DNA of 64,000 nucleotides from Candidatus Anstonellales archaeon (lineage in GTDB: Archaea > Micrarchaeota > Micrarchaeia > Anstonellales > J096): contig JAWACY010000002.1 of assembly GCA_038896535.1 (NCBI GenBank), forward strand, positions 14,473 through 78,472. The letters are read 5' to 3'. This document shows, one piece after another, positions 18,734 to 28,748 of the stretch (the stretch's first letter is position 1; the number at the start of each line of letters is the position of its first letter). The translations under genes were made by a program, and so were the position numbers. Below the pieces are notes generated by a model. It was not told the origin of the DNA, ran no database searches, and was given only the letters and a program-made list of their open reading frames with translations.

Positions 18734-19492
18734 ATGGAATATAAGTATAGAATAAAGGCCTTTGCGTTTGATGGGGATGGCGTTGCTTATGTTGGAGATA
18801 AACTTATTAAGGAAACAATAAATGCTATTAAAGCTTTGCAAAGAAAGGGCATAGCAGTATATATGGCAACCAATACAAGCAGCGGAACAAGAGAACAAGT
18901 TTATAAAAGATTAAAAGGCATTGTCGATAAAGAAAATATTATTACAGCTGCTGATTTAATGCTTGAGTACATTGAAAAAAATTACAATTACGTATGGGCC
19001 ATCTCAAATCCAAAAATAAAAAGAGCAATAAATAAGCTTGGTATAAAAATTAATGAACATAAGGCAGAATGTGTTTGCATATCATTCCATAGAAGACATG
19101 AATTTAATGATATAGCTATAGGGTTGAGGCTTTTATTAAACAAAAGGCCTTTATTGAGTGCAAATATAGATAGATATTATTTAAGACCAGAAGGTGTTGT
19201 GCCAGGCAATGGATTTATTACAAAGGCATTTGAATCTGTAGTAAATGTAAAGGCCAAATATTTTGGCAAACCAAACCCAGAAATGCTTTTCAGAATAGCA
19301 AAAAAAGAGAATATAAAAATAAATGAGCTAGCCCTTGTTGGTGATATGATGGAAACAGACGTTCAAGCTGCTAAAAATGCAGGTTGTTTAAGCATATATG
19401 TTAATAATGGTGTTTTTCAAGTTATAAGAGTAAAGCCAGATATAGAGACAAGTTATAAAAGGTTAGAGAGGGATTTATTTTCATTAATATAA
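18734..19492 (+). CDS. HAD-superfamily hydrolase, subfamily IIA (NagD-like)
   Basis: The ordered HAD motifs are FDGDGV (DxD), ATNTSS, GKPNP and VGDMMETDVQAAKNAG. Confidence 0.7.
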   Translation: MEYKYRIKAFAFDGDGVAYVGDKLIKETINAIKALQRKGIAVYMATNTSSGTREQVYKRLKGIVDKENIITAADLMLEYIEKNYNYVWAISNPKIKRAINKLGIKINEHKAECVCISFHRRHEFNDIAIGLRLLLNKRPLLSANIDRYYLRPEGVVPGNGFITKAFESVVNVKAKYFGKPNPEMLFRIAKKENIKINELALVGDMMETDVQAAKNAGCLSIYVNNGVFQVIRVKPDIETSYKRLERDLFSLI

Positions 19493-19549
19493 TTATGCAT
19501 TAATATAATGCATTAATATAATTATGGTAGTTATAATTATGGTGGTTCT

Positions 19550-20848
19550 ATGCATGAGATAAGGACAAAAATAATAGCAACAATTGGCCCAGCTATAGAA
19601 GAGGAGAGCAAACTTTTACAGATTTGTCATTATGCAGACATAATAAGGTTTAATTTTTCCCATGAACCAAAAAAACAGATAAAAAGGCTATCTGTTGTTA
19701 AGAAAATTGCAAAGAACATAAAGAAATATATAATAACACTTGCTGATCTGGAAGGGCCAAAAATAAGGACAAGAAATGAAGAGCAAATAGAATTAAGTAA
19801 TAATGCTGAATATGACATAAGTGTATTTGGGATAAAAGAAAGATTCTTCTACAAGATGCTTGAAGAGGGGGATTTGCTACTTTTAGATGATGGGAAACTT
19901 AAACTCAAAATGCTTGACAGGCATAAGTTTAAGCCTTTGAATAATTACATATTAAAGCCAAATAAAACAATCACAATAAAAGGCAAAGATTTTCCCATAT
20001 CAGGGTTGACAAAAAAAGATTATGAAGATTTAAATAGCCTGTTAAAAGCAGATTTTGATGCAATAGCAATGTCTTTTGTTAAAAATGGCAGTGATGTTGA
20101 TAAGTTGAGGTTAATAGCAAAAGATAAAGTAATAATAAGTAAGATAGAAACTGTTGCTGCAGTTAAGAATATTGACGAAATAATAGAAAAAAGTGATGGA
20201 ATTATGATAGCAAGAGGCGATCTGGCATTAGCTTTGGATGAAGAGAAAGTGCCAACAATGCAGAGATTGATAATAAATAAATGCATAGATAGCTCAAAAC
20301 CAGTCATTGTTGCTACACAAATGCTTGATAGTATGATAATGAATCCAACTCCAACAAGAGCAGAAATAAATGATATATATTCAAGTGTTTTACAAGGAGC
20401 AGATGCTCTTATGCTATCAGGTGAAACAGCTTCTGGCGCTTTTCCGGTGGAGTCAATAAAAACTATGTATAAGACAATATCAGAAGCTGAAAAACATGTT
20501 AAATATGATAAAGTTTCTGATAATGACATAAAAGATAAGATAGCAAGGAATGCTGTTGAACTTGCTGAATCTTATAATGTGCCAATAATAGCCCCTACAG
20601 TGCATGGCACTACTCCAAAAAAGATATCGAGGCAAAGGCCAAAAATTTCTGTTTATAGTGTAACAAATAATGAAAAGACATTTAAATACCTTCATTTCTT
20701 CTTTTCTTTAAGGCCAATATTTTTCAATTATGAGCCAGTCTTTAAAAAAATCGATAAAATAAAAGCAAAGTTGAATGTTAAGAATGCTGTTTTTGTTTTT
20801 GGCTATCCACCAGGAAATCACAATACAAATACAATTATATATATTTAA
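19550..20848 (+). CDS. pyk: Pyruvate kinase
   Basis: Motifs present are TKIIATIGPA, ADLEGPKIRT, MIARGDLAL, VATQMLDSM and MLSGETASG. Confidence 0.9.
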   Translation: MHEIRTKIIATIGPAIEEESKLLQICHYADIIRFNFSHEPKKQIKRLSVVKKIAKNIKKYIITLADLEGPKIRTRNEEQIELSNNAEYDISVFGIKERFFYKMLEEGDLLLLDDGKLKLKMLDRHKFKPLNNYILKPNKTITIKGKDFPISGLTKKDYEDLNSLLKADFDAIAMSFVKNGSDVDKLRLIAKDKVIISKIETVAAVKNIDEIIEKSDGIMIARGDLALALDEEKVPTMQRLIINKCIDSSKPVIVATQMLDSMIMNPTPTRAEINDIYSSVLQGADALMLSGETASGAFPVESIKTMYKTISEAEKHVKYDKVSDNDIKDKIARNAVELAESYNVPIIAPTVHGTTPKKISRQRPKISVYSVTNNEKTFKYLHFFFSLRPIFFNYEPVFKKIDKIKAKLNVKNAVFVFGYPPGNHNTNTIIYI

Positions 20849-20883
20849 GAGTACATATTTAAAAAATTCAAAACAGCATAATA

Positions 20884-21693
20884 ATGTATAAATATATCCA
20901 ATATAAGGCGGTTTTTATGGCCTTTAATATAACGCATGTCTTAATGCTTTTGTTAGCCTTTTTATTGGTTTTTAATTTAAACGGATGCTTGAATAATATG
21001 AACAATAATGAGGTTAATAAAACAAGGAGCGAAGAGAATATGAGCGAGAAAAACATGCAGTTTAAAGGAAAGCTTCTTGTTGCTCTTGGAGATTCGATAA
21101 CTGCTGGCACAAATAGTGTTTATTACTCATTAAAATCTGAGCATAATTTCGCAAGTTATCTGGCAAAAGATTTTGGCATGGAAATAAAGAATTATGCATT
21201 TCCAGGGGCAACAAGCAATGATGTTCTAAACCAAGCAAAGAATATGGAAAAAAATGTTGAAAATGTTTCAATAATAACAATACTTGTTGGTGCTAATGAT
21301 ATATTTAGAGGATATGATAGAGAGGTATATAGAAATAATTTAAGAGAGATAATAAGTATTGCAAAAAATAAGGTTGGCAGGGATGGTATTGTTATTGTCG
21401 TTGGCCTGCCTAATATTGGTTTACTTAATAATCTCGAATGCCAAAACCCTCTTGGCTATATTGATGGGAAAATGCAAAACACATTTTTTGATTTTAATGA
21501 AATAGCAAAAGAAGAAGTTAATAAAGCAAAAGATAAAATATCAAGCAGTATAATTTTTGTTGATATATATAATATTAATTATAATGATGCTGATATAGGC
21601 ATTGATTGTTTTCATCCAGGCAAAAATGGACATGAAAAAATAAAACAAGCAATAATAAAATCCTTGTCCAGTTATTATAATATTACAAACTAA
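20884..21693 (+). CDS. SGNH/GDSL hydrolase, probably secreted or a lipoprotein
   Basis: The GDS block is LVALGDSITAG, followed by GANDI and a C-terminal DCFHPGKNGH (DxxH). The likely start is at 20917 (MAFNITHVLMLLLAFLLVFNLNGC, lipobox-like). Confidence 0.75.
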   Translation: MYKYIQYKAVFMAFNITHVLMLLLAFLLVFNLNGCLNNMNNNEVNKTRSEENMSEKNMQFKGKLLVALGDSITAGTNSVYYSLKSEHNFASYLAKDFGMEIKNYAFPGATSNDVLNQAKNMEKNVENVSIITILVGANDIFRGYDREVYRNNLREIISIAKNKVGRDGIVIVVGLPNIGLLNNLECQNPLGYIDGKMQNTFFDFNEIAKEEVNKAKDKISSSIIFVDIYNINYNDADIGIDCFHPGKNGHEKIKQAIIKSLSSYYNITN

Positions 21694-21797
21694 CAAATTA
21701 ACAAGCTATAGCTTTACAACTTAACAAATTAACAAATTAATAGCTTAATAACTTAACAACCTAACAACTTAACAACCTAACAACAAGCAAATTAACC
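21685..21797. repeat. Degenerate ~8-10 bp tandem repeat (TAACAA core), almost G-free on the plus strand
   Basis: The core units are ...AACTTAACAACCTAACAACTTAACAACCTAACAAC... By my count only about 4 G occur in about 113 nt. The tract begins at the stop of the GDSL gene. Confidence 0.7.
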
Positions 21798-22352
21798 TAT
21801 TTCTTATTTTTTATTAGAATTTCTAATATTTTATTTGATTTTTATATTATCCCCTTTATTTTATATATTAATTTCATATATTATATTCTCTTTTTTCTAT
21901 TATTATATTTTATCCTTTTTTTATGCTTTTCATTTTTTTATGTTTTTTTGTCTAATAGGGTAGCCTCTAATAATAAAAAATGCCTTATTTTTTGCCCTGC
22001 TGCTTTGCTATACTTTTTTATGCCTTTTTCTGCTTTTTTATTGAATAATATTATAATATGTTAGAATTTCTAATATTATATAATCATAATTCATTAATAA
22101 TGCTAATCCATCAATGCTGCTTATGCTTATGATATACAAATCAGATAAAATCAGATAAAATTGATTCAATCGATAAAATAAAGGTATTTTTTAATTAGTT
22201 TACTATTAAAGTATAGTAACTTAATCGTTCATTGCAAAGGCCCCTATATTGCAGGTTTACTGATAAAGTATTGATTTGCAAAATCCTGTAGAGTAATCAA
22301 GGTTATTTTGTAAAAACATTCTAAAAGAGCTTATTTTTTATTCCTAGTTTAT

Positions 22353-22865
22353 TTAAGTGGTATGAGACTTAGGGAAATAATAAATTTTATCTTTCATTCC
22401 CATGCTATAACTATTATTGATTGGGTTTAATGATATTGCAAAAACACCTTTCTCTTCATCAAAATTATCTAAATAAAGAGTATAGACAGCAGGAAATTCA
22501 AAGGGCTGAGTTGAATTTATTAAGAATTTAAATTCTGCTTCATATGGCTCGTTTGCTTTTAATTCAATATCTATTTTTTGTTCAGATAAAGGAATTAAGT
22601 TTAAAGGATTAATTGAATCTTGCTTAATATCGCCAACGCTTATTCTTACCTTTGTATTTATATCTGAAGTTAATCTTACAAAAACATTTATTCTATTGCC
22701 CTAACTTATATTGCCACTAACAAATATTTCCATAAAACCATGTCTTTGCCTTGGAAATGATTGGTCTATAAGCCATATATTTGCTCTAACAGCACTATCT
22801 AAATCTTTGTCTAATGTTGTATTAAATCCAGAAAAGCAGCAAAAAACACAAACCTCTTCATCCAT
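22353..22865 (-). pseudogene. 170-codon ORF interrupted by one in-frame TAG (codon 55, at 22701-22703); unknown beta-rich protein
   Basis: My manual translation is MDEEVCVFCCFSGFNTTLDKDLDSAVRANIWLIDQSFPRQRHGFMEIFVSGNIS*GNRINVFVRLTSDINTKVRISVGDIKQDSINPLNLIPLSEQKIDIELKANEPYEAEFKFLINSTQPFEFPAVYTLYLDNFDEEKGVFAISLNPINNSYSMGMKDKIYYFPKSHTT*. Neither fragment appears in the ORF track. Confidence 0.5.
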
Positions 22866-23088
22866 TTTTTATCGGGAGTAATGTTTATAAAGGTTTCTCT
22901 GTTTTTTATAAGTATTTCTGTTATGGTTGGATGCTGTAAATTTCCTTTTATAGGATATTTTCTATATCTAAAGACACAACACTACAAACCTATTTTTTAA
23001 TTTTTTTATGCAGCCATAAATAAAATATTAAATTACTTAAATATTGATTTGAAATGTCTTGTTAATCACTTTGTCAATTTATACCTTA

Positions 23089-24207
23089 TTAATCAATTGA
23101 TACAGCAACAACTCCTATAGGATAAAATTTTCCATTATAATATGTTATATTTCTGCTCCCCATAATTTTATCGTCTTCTTTAAGTTTTGTGTGTGCTTTT
23201 TTACCTCTACCCATTAGTAAAAATGGTTTGTTCAAATTTTTCATCAACTCCCAAAAACTTATGACATCTTCTCTAACAGCTTTAATAAAGTGGCCATGTT
23301 TTTTATCATGTATGTTTACAGATTCCCAAAATTTTAATTCTCTTTGTATGACTATATTATTAAACTTCTTAAGTTCTTTGTATATATGTTCAAATTCTTC
23401 TTTATAGAGCATTTTTTCTGGGCCGTGTAACCAATCATCCAGATCGCCGCCAATCAATTTTTCTTTTTTCATAGTGCCGACAAATGTTGTCGATGGCTTA
23501 AGGTATTCGACCATTTGCTCAGGTCCAACTGGCGGTTTATTCTTGTTTTTGATATTAGATCTTATATTAACTTCAGTAGAGACAAAAACATTAACATTAT
23601 TATTTAAAGGTAACATGTCCCTAACTAAAATATAATCCTTTCTTATTTTAGTTTCTAATTTTCCAGTTTGCTGGTTAAATTCGAACTTTTTAAAAAGCCT
23701 TTTTTCTTTTTCGCGATTTTTACTACCAAATCTTTCTAATTCAAATTTCCTATTTATTTCATTTAAAACGCTATTATTTAGCTCCTTGTTCTTAATGAAA
23801 TAATAGGTAGCAATCAACGCGCCTTTAAAAGAGCTTCCAGGAATATAACCTAAACCGGGTAATAAAGAGACAGTTTCATATATTTTTGTAGGGTTTTTTA
23901 CTTCAATATTGTATTGTGGTGGATAATTCTGCAATTCAATTTTGCTATTATATAATACCCCATACTTTTCGAATAACTTGGTAATAAAAATTCTTGCATT
24001 TTCAATATCCCCGTTCAATATTTTGTCTACTACTACTTCAAGTTCTTCAAACTTTGCCAGAGCAGTCAATTTTTTAATATCGACTAAGTAATAAGCATTG
24101 CCCTTCTTAGTCAAAGAAAAAATTAAATCTAGTTCCTCACCAGACCTTATTGATGTTGGTGATAAAACATCTAATCTGATCCTTATTAATTTATTCATTC
24201 TAAACAC
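23089..24207 (-). CDS. csm5: Type III-A RAMP protein Csm5 (Cas7 family)
   Basis: The RAMP motif YIPGSSFKGALIATY is present. The protein is 372 aa and is the last gene of the cas10-csm2-csm3-csm4-csm5 series. It overlaps csm4 by 8 nt. Confidence 0.7.
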   Translation of the reverse strand: MFRMNKLIRIRLDVLSPTSIRSGEELDLIFSLTKKGNAYYLVDIKKLTALAKFEELEVVVDKILNGDIENARIFITKLFEKYGVLYNSKIELQNYPPQYNIEVKNPTKIYETVSLLPGLGYIPGSSFKGALIATYYFIKNKELNNSVLNEINRKFELERFGSKNREKEKRLFKKFEFNQQTGKLETKIRKDYILVRDMLPLNNNVNVFVSTEVNIRSNIKNKNKPPVGPEQMVEYLKPSTTFVGTMKKEKLIGGDLDDWLHGPEKMLYKEEFEHIYKELKKFNNIVIQRELKFWESVNIHDKKHGHFIKAVREDVISFWELMKNLNKPFLLMGRGKKAHTKLKEDDKIMGSRNITYYNGKFYPIGVVAVSID

Positions 24208-25120
24208 CTCTTAGGTCTATACCAAAACTCAAGGTTTTCATTGGAAAAATATAATCTGAACCTGTAAATTTAGAACTAATCTTATAATTTTTCCCTATTA
24301 TTCCATATTTAATTTCTGAATTAGGGGTATTAACTATGCTGCCTTTACCGTACTTAAGTACAGACAGCCCCCAGTTGCCTTTTATTGAATTATAATAAGT
24401 AGCCCTTCCAAAAATAACTTTATAGTTTTGTTCTGGTATAAAATTGCCAAGAGCTACCCTTGTTGTTATACTGTTGTTTATTAAATTAATCACTTTTTCT
24501 TCGCTTAAATCATCTATAGATATACTTATATTTGATATTGTTGTTTTATCACCACCTAAACCATAATCTTCAAGATCCTTTATCTGGTTTAGAACATCTT
24601 TATTATTATAAGCGATCAAAACACCAACAAAAATTTGCTTACCATCGTATTCTGACTCTCCTAAATAAACCTCTCTTGTTGTGAAAAGGTCTTCTTTTTT
24701 TCTTCCTTTCCTAGTAAAAGATGTAAATTCAATAATGTTTTTATTATTAATTCTAAACATTTGAATAACATCTTCACTTAAACTTCCTTTACTAAGAGCA
24801 AATATTTGTGATGGAGTTAATAAAGTGTTCTTATATTGTTTTTTTTCATCGGGTTTTTTATCTCCAAAATTAGGTAAAAATCTCTCTATAAATACATAGC
24901 CATTTAATAATGGCTCAGACCCAAAAAATAGGGACATATCTGATATTATAAACCCATCGCAAAATTCTTCTATACTTTCAGGCCCTATTTGGCCGTTATT
25001 TATGCATATTGATAATAAAGCACTAACAATTTGTGTATTTTGCAATATTGATATTGGTGAAGCATACTTAAGCATTCTTGAGTTTAACTTTCCTTTGAAT
25101 TTTACTATTGCATAATCCAT
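24200..25120 (-). CDS. csm4: Type III-A RAMP protein Csm4 (Cas5 family)
   Basis: The position after csm3 fits Csm4. The N-terminal segment NTQIVSALLSI is Csm4-like, and a glycine-rich YGLGGDKT motif is present. The protein is 306 aa. Confidence 0.65.
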   Translation of the reverse strand: MDYAIVKFKGKLNSRMLKYASPISILQNTQIVSALLSICINNGQIGPESIEEFCDGFIISDMSLFFGSEPLLNGYVFIERFLPNFGDKKPDEKKQYKNTLLTPSQIFALSKGSLSEDVIQMFRINNKNIIEFTSFTRKGRKKEDLFTTREVYLGESEYDGKQIFVGVLIAYNNKDVLNQIKDLEDYGLGGDKTTISNISISIDDLSEEKVINLINNSITTRVALGNFIPEQNYKVIFGRATYYNSIKGNWGLSVLKYGKGSIVNTPNSEIKYGIIGKNYKISSKFTGSDYIFPMKTLSFGIDLRGV

Positions 25121-25132
25121 TATAAAATCACC

Positions 25133-25759
25133 TTATTTAATGTCATAAAATTTAATTGTACCATAGCCCCTCGTTCCATTGCCACCTAAATAATCATTTT
25201 CTAGTTTATTTAAAGCATTAGTTATATATTGTTCAAATTTTTCATCTATTATTATATCTAATCTAAATAATACTCCTGGCTTAACCCTTTCAGTTTGTCT
25301 TAAGCCACCTAAAGTTGTACCGCTGATCCTATCTATTGTGTTTTCAAATTTAACTTCTACTAAGTCTAATGGTGAATCAACTGACTCGCGGGTTAATACC
25401 TCTGATATGTATGGAAAATCTTCTTTTATTTTGTTTTTTATTTCTTCAGATACCTGAGTTTCGACAAAGGCATCTCTAAATATGGCAGCTCCTGTCTTGG
25501 CTTGTTTCCCATCATTACTGACATAACCAAAGACGTTGCAGATATCACATTTTCCACACTTGCATACTTCTTCTTTGCCAGCCTCTTTTTCAAGTAATGA
25601 CCTGAGTTTACCCTTTAGGCTACTACCAGGTATATAAGGATAACCCCAAGGATCTTTTACAACTACGTTGTCAACGCCCCCTATTTCATATTCTGCAGAG
25701 CCGCCTATATGCAAACCTGTAACAACTAATAGATATTTTTCAACTTTTTTTCTTGCCAT
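25133..25759 (-). CDS. csm3: Type III-A backbone RAMP Csm3 (Cas7)
   Basis: Motifs present are GLHIGG, GGVDNVVVKD (candidate catalytic Asp), IPGSSLKGKLRS, the Cys cluster CKCGKCDICNVFG and the C-terminal GGNGTRGYG. Confidence 0.85.
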   Translation of the reverse strand: MARKKVEKYLLVVTGLHIGGSAEYEIGGVDNVVVKDPWGYPYIPGSSLKGKLRSLLEKEAGKEEVCKCGKCDICNVFGYVSNDGKQAKTGAAIFRDAFVETQVSEEIKNKIKEDFPYISEVLTRESVDSPLDLVEVKFENTIDRISGTTLGGLRQTERVKPGVLFRLDIIIDEKFEQYITNALNKLENDYLGGNGTRGYGTIKFYDIK

Positions 25760-25761
25760 AT

Positions 25762-26247
25762 TTACCTACCTCTCGTGTTTGCTTTTGTTTGCAAGTATAA
25801 AGTAGTTATATATAAGGCGTCTATGCCTCTTTGTACTTTTGCACGGTCATTTTTTTCGTTATTTTTTGCAATTTCTGATAAAATGTTTGCTACAATACTT
25901 AATGATTCAAATTCCGGGTTACCTTTTTTCATATTTTTAGCAGCTATATAACTAATTTTTCCAGCATCTATGAGCATTTTTTTAGAATCCAATTTATCTT
26001 TACTATCATATATCTTTTTCCATTTTGAAACCATAGTATGTATCATTATAGTTTTACCTTTTGAAGTGTTCCACGTTTCTAGCCTTTTGATTTTTTCAAT
26101 CAATTCTGAGAGAATCTTTTCATCCCCATTTTCAATATAGTCTTTTATTAAATTTTTTATATCATTAAAGTTGCCCCCCTCATTTTGTCCCCCTCTATTA
26201 CTAAAATCACTACCAAAACTTCTTCTATTTATTTCTCCTGCTTGCAT
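25762..26247 (-). CDS. csm2: Type III small subunit (Csm2-like, Cas11)
   Basis: This small helical protein lies between cas10 and csm3. The track ORF extends to 26313, but the ATG at 26247 (MQAGEINRR) follows a GGTGAT Shine-Dalgarno-like sequence and avoids overlap with cas10. The call rests on position, not motif. Confidence 0.55.
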   Translation of the reverse strand: MQAGEINRRSFGSDFSNRGGQNEGGNFNDIKNLIKDYIENGDEKILSELIEKIKRLETWNTSKGKTIMIHTMVSKWKKIYDSKDKLDSKKMLIDAGKISYIAAKNMKKGNPEFESLSIVANILSEIAKNNEKNDRAKVQRGIDALYITTLYLQTKANTRGR

Positions 26248-26251
26248 ATTA

Positions 26252-28597
26252 TCACCTCTCGAGTAGGATTGCAGTAAAAATAATAGGTATAAATATCTGC
26301 CCAAATTTATCATTAATCTCCTTTAGTTGTTTATAACTACTAAATGATTCACTATTGAGTTTTTTATACCACCCGTAATTTTTATGGCCTTCAATAATCA
26401 TTTTAACCAGTAAATTTTCTCTTCTAGGTATTTTATGCTTTGGCAAACCAGAGTAAGCGAGTTTATCATATAAATTTTTCAACCAGTAGAGGAAACTTTT
26501 TGAGATTCTTTTCTTTTTGATTAGGTCCCTAACTTCAGAGACCTTATCCAGAAAAGTTGAATTGAATTCACTCCCAAATTTTAATATTTTTCTTTCAGAT
26601 GCAATTGGGGCATAACTCAAATAGATTGAGTTTCTGTGTTGTAACTGTTTTAGTAATTTTAATCTAGTTTCAACTTCATTAAATGCTTTTGCTATTGGGT
26701 ATCCATCTCTATATAATATATAAGCTGCTGTGAATGTTATCTCTTTCTCAGGAAAATACTCTAAGTAATGTCTTTGCATTGATTTAAGATGGTTTGATAA
26801 TTTATTCAGAGCTTTTAGACAGTCATCCACCTTACCAGCAAAAATAGCGTCATCCCCGCCTGCATATAACAGGAAAAAATAACTGCCCTTGAACGCGTCC
26901 TGAAGCATCTTGTTTAACTCCCTTTTCATAAATAACGAGAAAGCAATATTGGAAGATATTGATTCTCTTGATTTTTCTTCATAGCGCCTCCCTAATTTGT
27001 CAAAATCTAAAGCAACAATGGCAAATCTGTTATCCTCCCCGCCATTTAATATATCATCTAATTTATTTTCTATATTATTTGGACTAAGTAATATTTCTAC
27101 ACCACAGTTATTTAGTATTTCTGCCTTCTTTTTATTATCTTTATTTATTGTATTGGAGTCAATTAAAATTATATAGTCGTTTGTTAACTTTTCTGTATTT
27201 AGTTCGTTGAAATTAATAACCTCAAAATGTTTTTGTATTTCATATGGGAAGATTAATACGCAACTAGATGAAGAACCGAGTTTAGTGCAATCAACACAAA
27301 CTTTGCACATTCTAGATTCTTTTTTACTTTTGGTAGTTATTACACTACCGCAGATTTCACAATAACCGCCCTCAATACATTCAATATTTCCTGTTATTTG
27401 ATCATCAACATATGTTGATTTTTCTGCTTTTATTATTGCTTGTTTTATTATTTCATCAAACCCTGAGCCATCTTTGTTAATGTCTGTAAGGTTTGAGCTG
27501 CCCATACCTAACTTCAAAAGGTCTATTCTAAGGTCTAAAAGTAGCAACCTCCTGTAATTTTGTAAAACTTCTGATGCTTTGTTAACTTCTGAAGTAGGTA
27601 ATAATAACAATGCCTTTCCTGAAGAGATCATAACTGCATTTGCTGGTGTTAACCCACAATAAGTAGTAATTTTATAAACTATTTCATAGGTAAGTGTTTC
27701 TATATATTTTGATCTGCCTCTAAGAACTTTTGAACCACCCTTTCCTTTAAAGTCTTTATCTTCTAGCATGTTTATAAAATTCTGAAGTCCCCCAAGCTTT
27801 AGCCATACAACAGCAATAGGCCCATGTATACCTGAAAATATTAATGAAGAAGCTATTGCAGCAGTTGTTATTGAGTGCGAGTACAAAGATATATGCGGGG
27901 CTTTCGACTGCTTATATGATTGAATGAAAAAAGTATATTCTTTTAGGATGTAAAGCAAGGTCTGGACCCAACCGGCTTTTCTATTATAATTCATGAGATG
28001 TTTTTTAATAGATTGGTATACTTCGTTTGCCGTTGGTTTTGTTTCTCTGTTAAAATCAAAACTTTCATATCCTATAAGAAGAGGTTCAGGATTTTTTATT
28101 TTTGATAAATCTTCTAATGGAAAAATCGGCTTAAGAAGTTTATCGCTGTTTTTTTTATCTTCACTAATATGCGTGTCGTTAGTTTCTGATTCAGGAAATT
28201 CAGTATTACTTATATCTCTTTCTCTTGCGCTCATGTGGTCTGCTTTGATTAAAATCTTCAATAATTTTTTAAGTTCTTCATCAGTTCCATTAATTATTTC
28301 ATTATAAAATTCGTTTTTTTCACTCCAATCAGTGCCTTGTAATTCATGATGTCCCCTTATTAATTTAGAAATTATCAGCAAATCTTCTTTGTGCTCATCA
28401 GAAAGGTTAGTTGAGTTACAAGCTATTTCTACTAGAGCTGCCCCTAAATAATGGTGGTATTTTTTGCCATTATATCTCTCATTGATGAATGCATCGAGTT
28501 CTTCAGGAATACTGCCTCCAATTTTTAAGAATGCTTTACCTATATCGTGCAATAGGCTGGCAACAGTTAATAAATAGATTTGCCTCTCACGATTCAT
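26252..28597 (-). CDS. cas10: Cas10 (Csm1) with N-terminal HD nuclease and GGDD cyclase Palm domain
   Basis: The HD motif is SLLHDIGK, followed by GHHELQG and KADHMSARERD. The zinc-finger-like segment is CEICGS...CKVCVDC. The cyclase motif is LLYAGGDDAIFAG. The protein is 781 aa. Confidence 0.9.
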   Translation of the reverse strand: MNRERQIYLLTVASLLHDIGKAFLKIGGSIPEELDAFINERYNGKKYHHYLGAALVEIACNSTNLSDEHKEDLLIISKLIRGHHELQGTDWSEKNEFYNEIINGTDEELKKLLKILIKADHMSARERDISNTEFPESETNDTHISEDKKNSDKLLKPIFPLEDLSKIKNPEPLLIGYESFDFNRETKPTANEVYQSIKKHLMNYNRKAGWVQTLLYILKEYTFFIQSYKQSKAPHISLYSHSITTAAIASSLIFSGIHGPIAVVWLKLGGLQNFINMLEDKDFKGKGGSKVLRGRSKYIETLTYEIVYKITTYCGLTPANAVMISSGKALLLLPTSEVNKASEVLQNYRRLLLLDLRIDLLKLGMGSSNLTDINKDGSGFDEIIKQAIIKAEKSTYVDDQITGNIECIEGGYCEICGSVITTKSKKESRMCKVCVDCTKLGSSSSCVLIFPYEIQKHFEVINFNELNTEKLTNDYIILIDSNTINKDNKKKAEILNNCGVEILLSPNNIENKLDDILNGGEDNRFAIVALDFDKLGRRYEEKSRESISSNIAFSLFMKRELNKMLQDAFKGSYFFLLYAGGDDAIFAGKVDDCLKALNKLSNHLKSMQRHYLEYFPEKEITFTAAYILYRDGYPIAKAFNEVETRLKLLKQLQHRNSIYLSYAPIASERKILKFGSEFNSTFLDKVSEVRDLIKKKRISKSFLYWLKNLYDKLAYSGLPKHKIPRRENLLVKMIIEGHKNYGWYKKLNSESFSSYKQLKEINDKFGQIFIPIIFTAILLER

Positions 28598-28748
28598 AAT
28601 TAATGTTTATATTTAGTTATATAAAAACTTTTTCCCTAATTTTCAATCTTTTTAAATTTTTCGCTTATAGTTCCTGGCTTTCACCAACCCACTACTATTA
28701 ATCCCAATATTTCTCTTCCACCAAATTAACCCCCCACATTTATTGATC

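Noticed and set aside
22701-22703. The in-frame TAG in the ORF downstream of csm5 might be a recoded (sense or read-through) codon.
   Set aside because: TAG is used as an ordinary stop in this window; kae1, for example, ends ...ELTIKK-TAG at 9703-9705. TAA and TGA are also used as stops. There is no sign of genome-wide reassignment, so a pseudogene or a sequencing error is the simpler explanation.
26248-26313. The longer csm2 ORF start (MINLGRYLYLLFLLQSYSRGDN...) overlaps the cas10 3' end by 62 nt.
   Set aside because: The extension is hydrophobic nonsense read from the cas10 coding region. The ATG at 26247 has a GGTGAT ribosome-binding sequence and abuts the cas10 stop.
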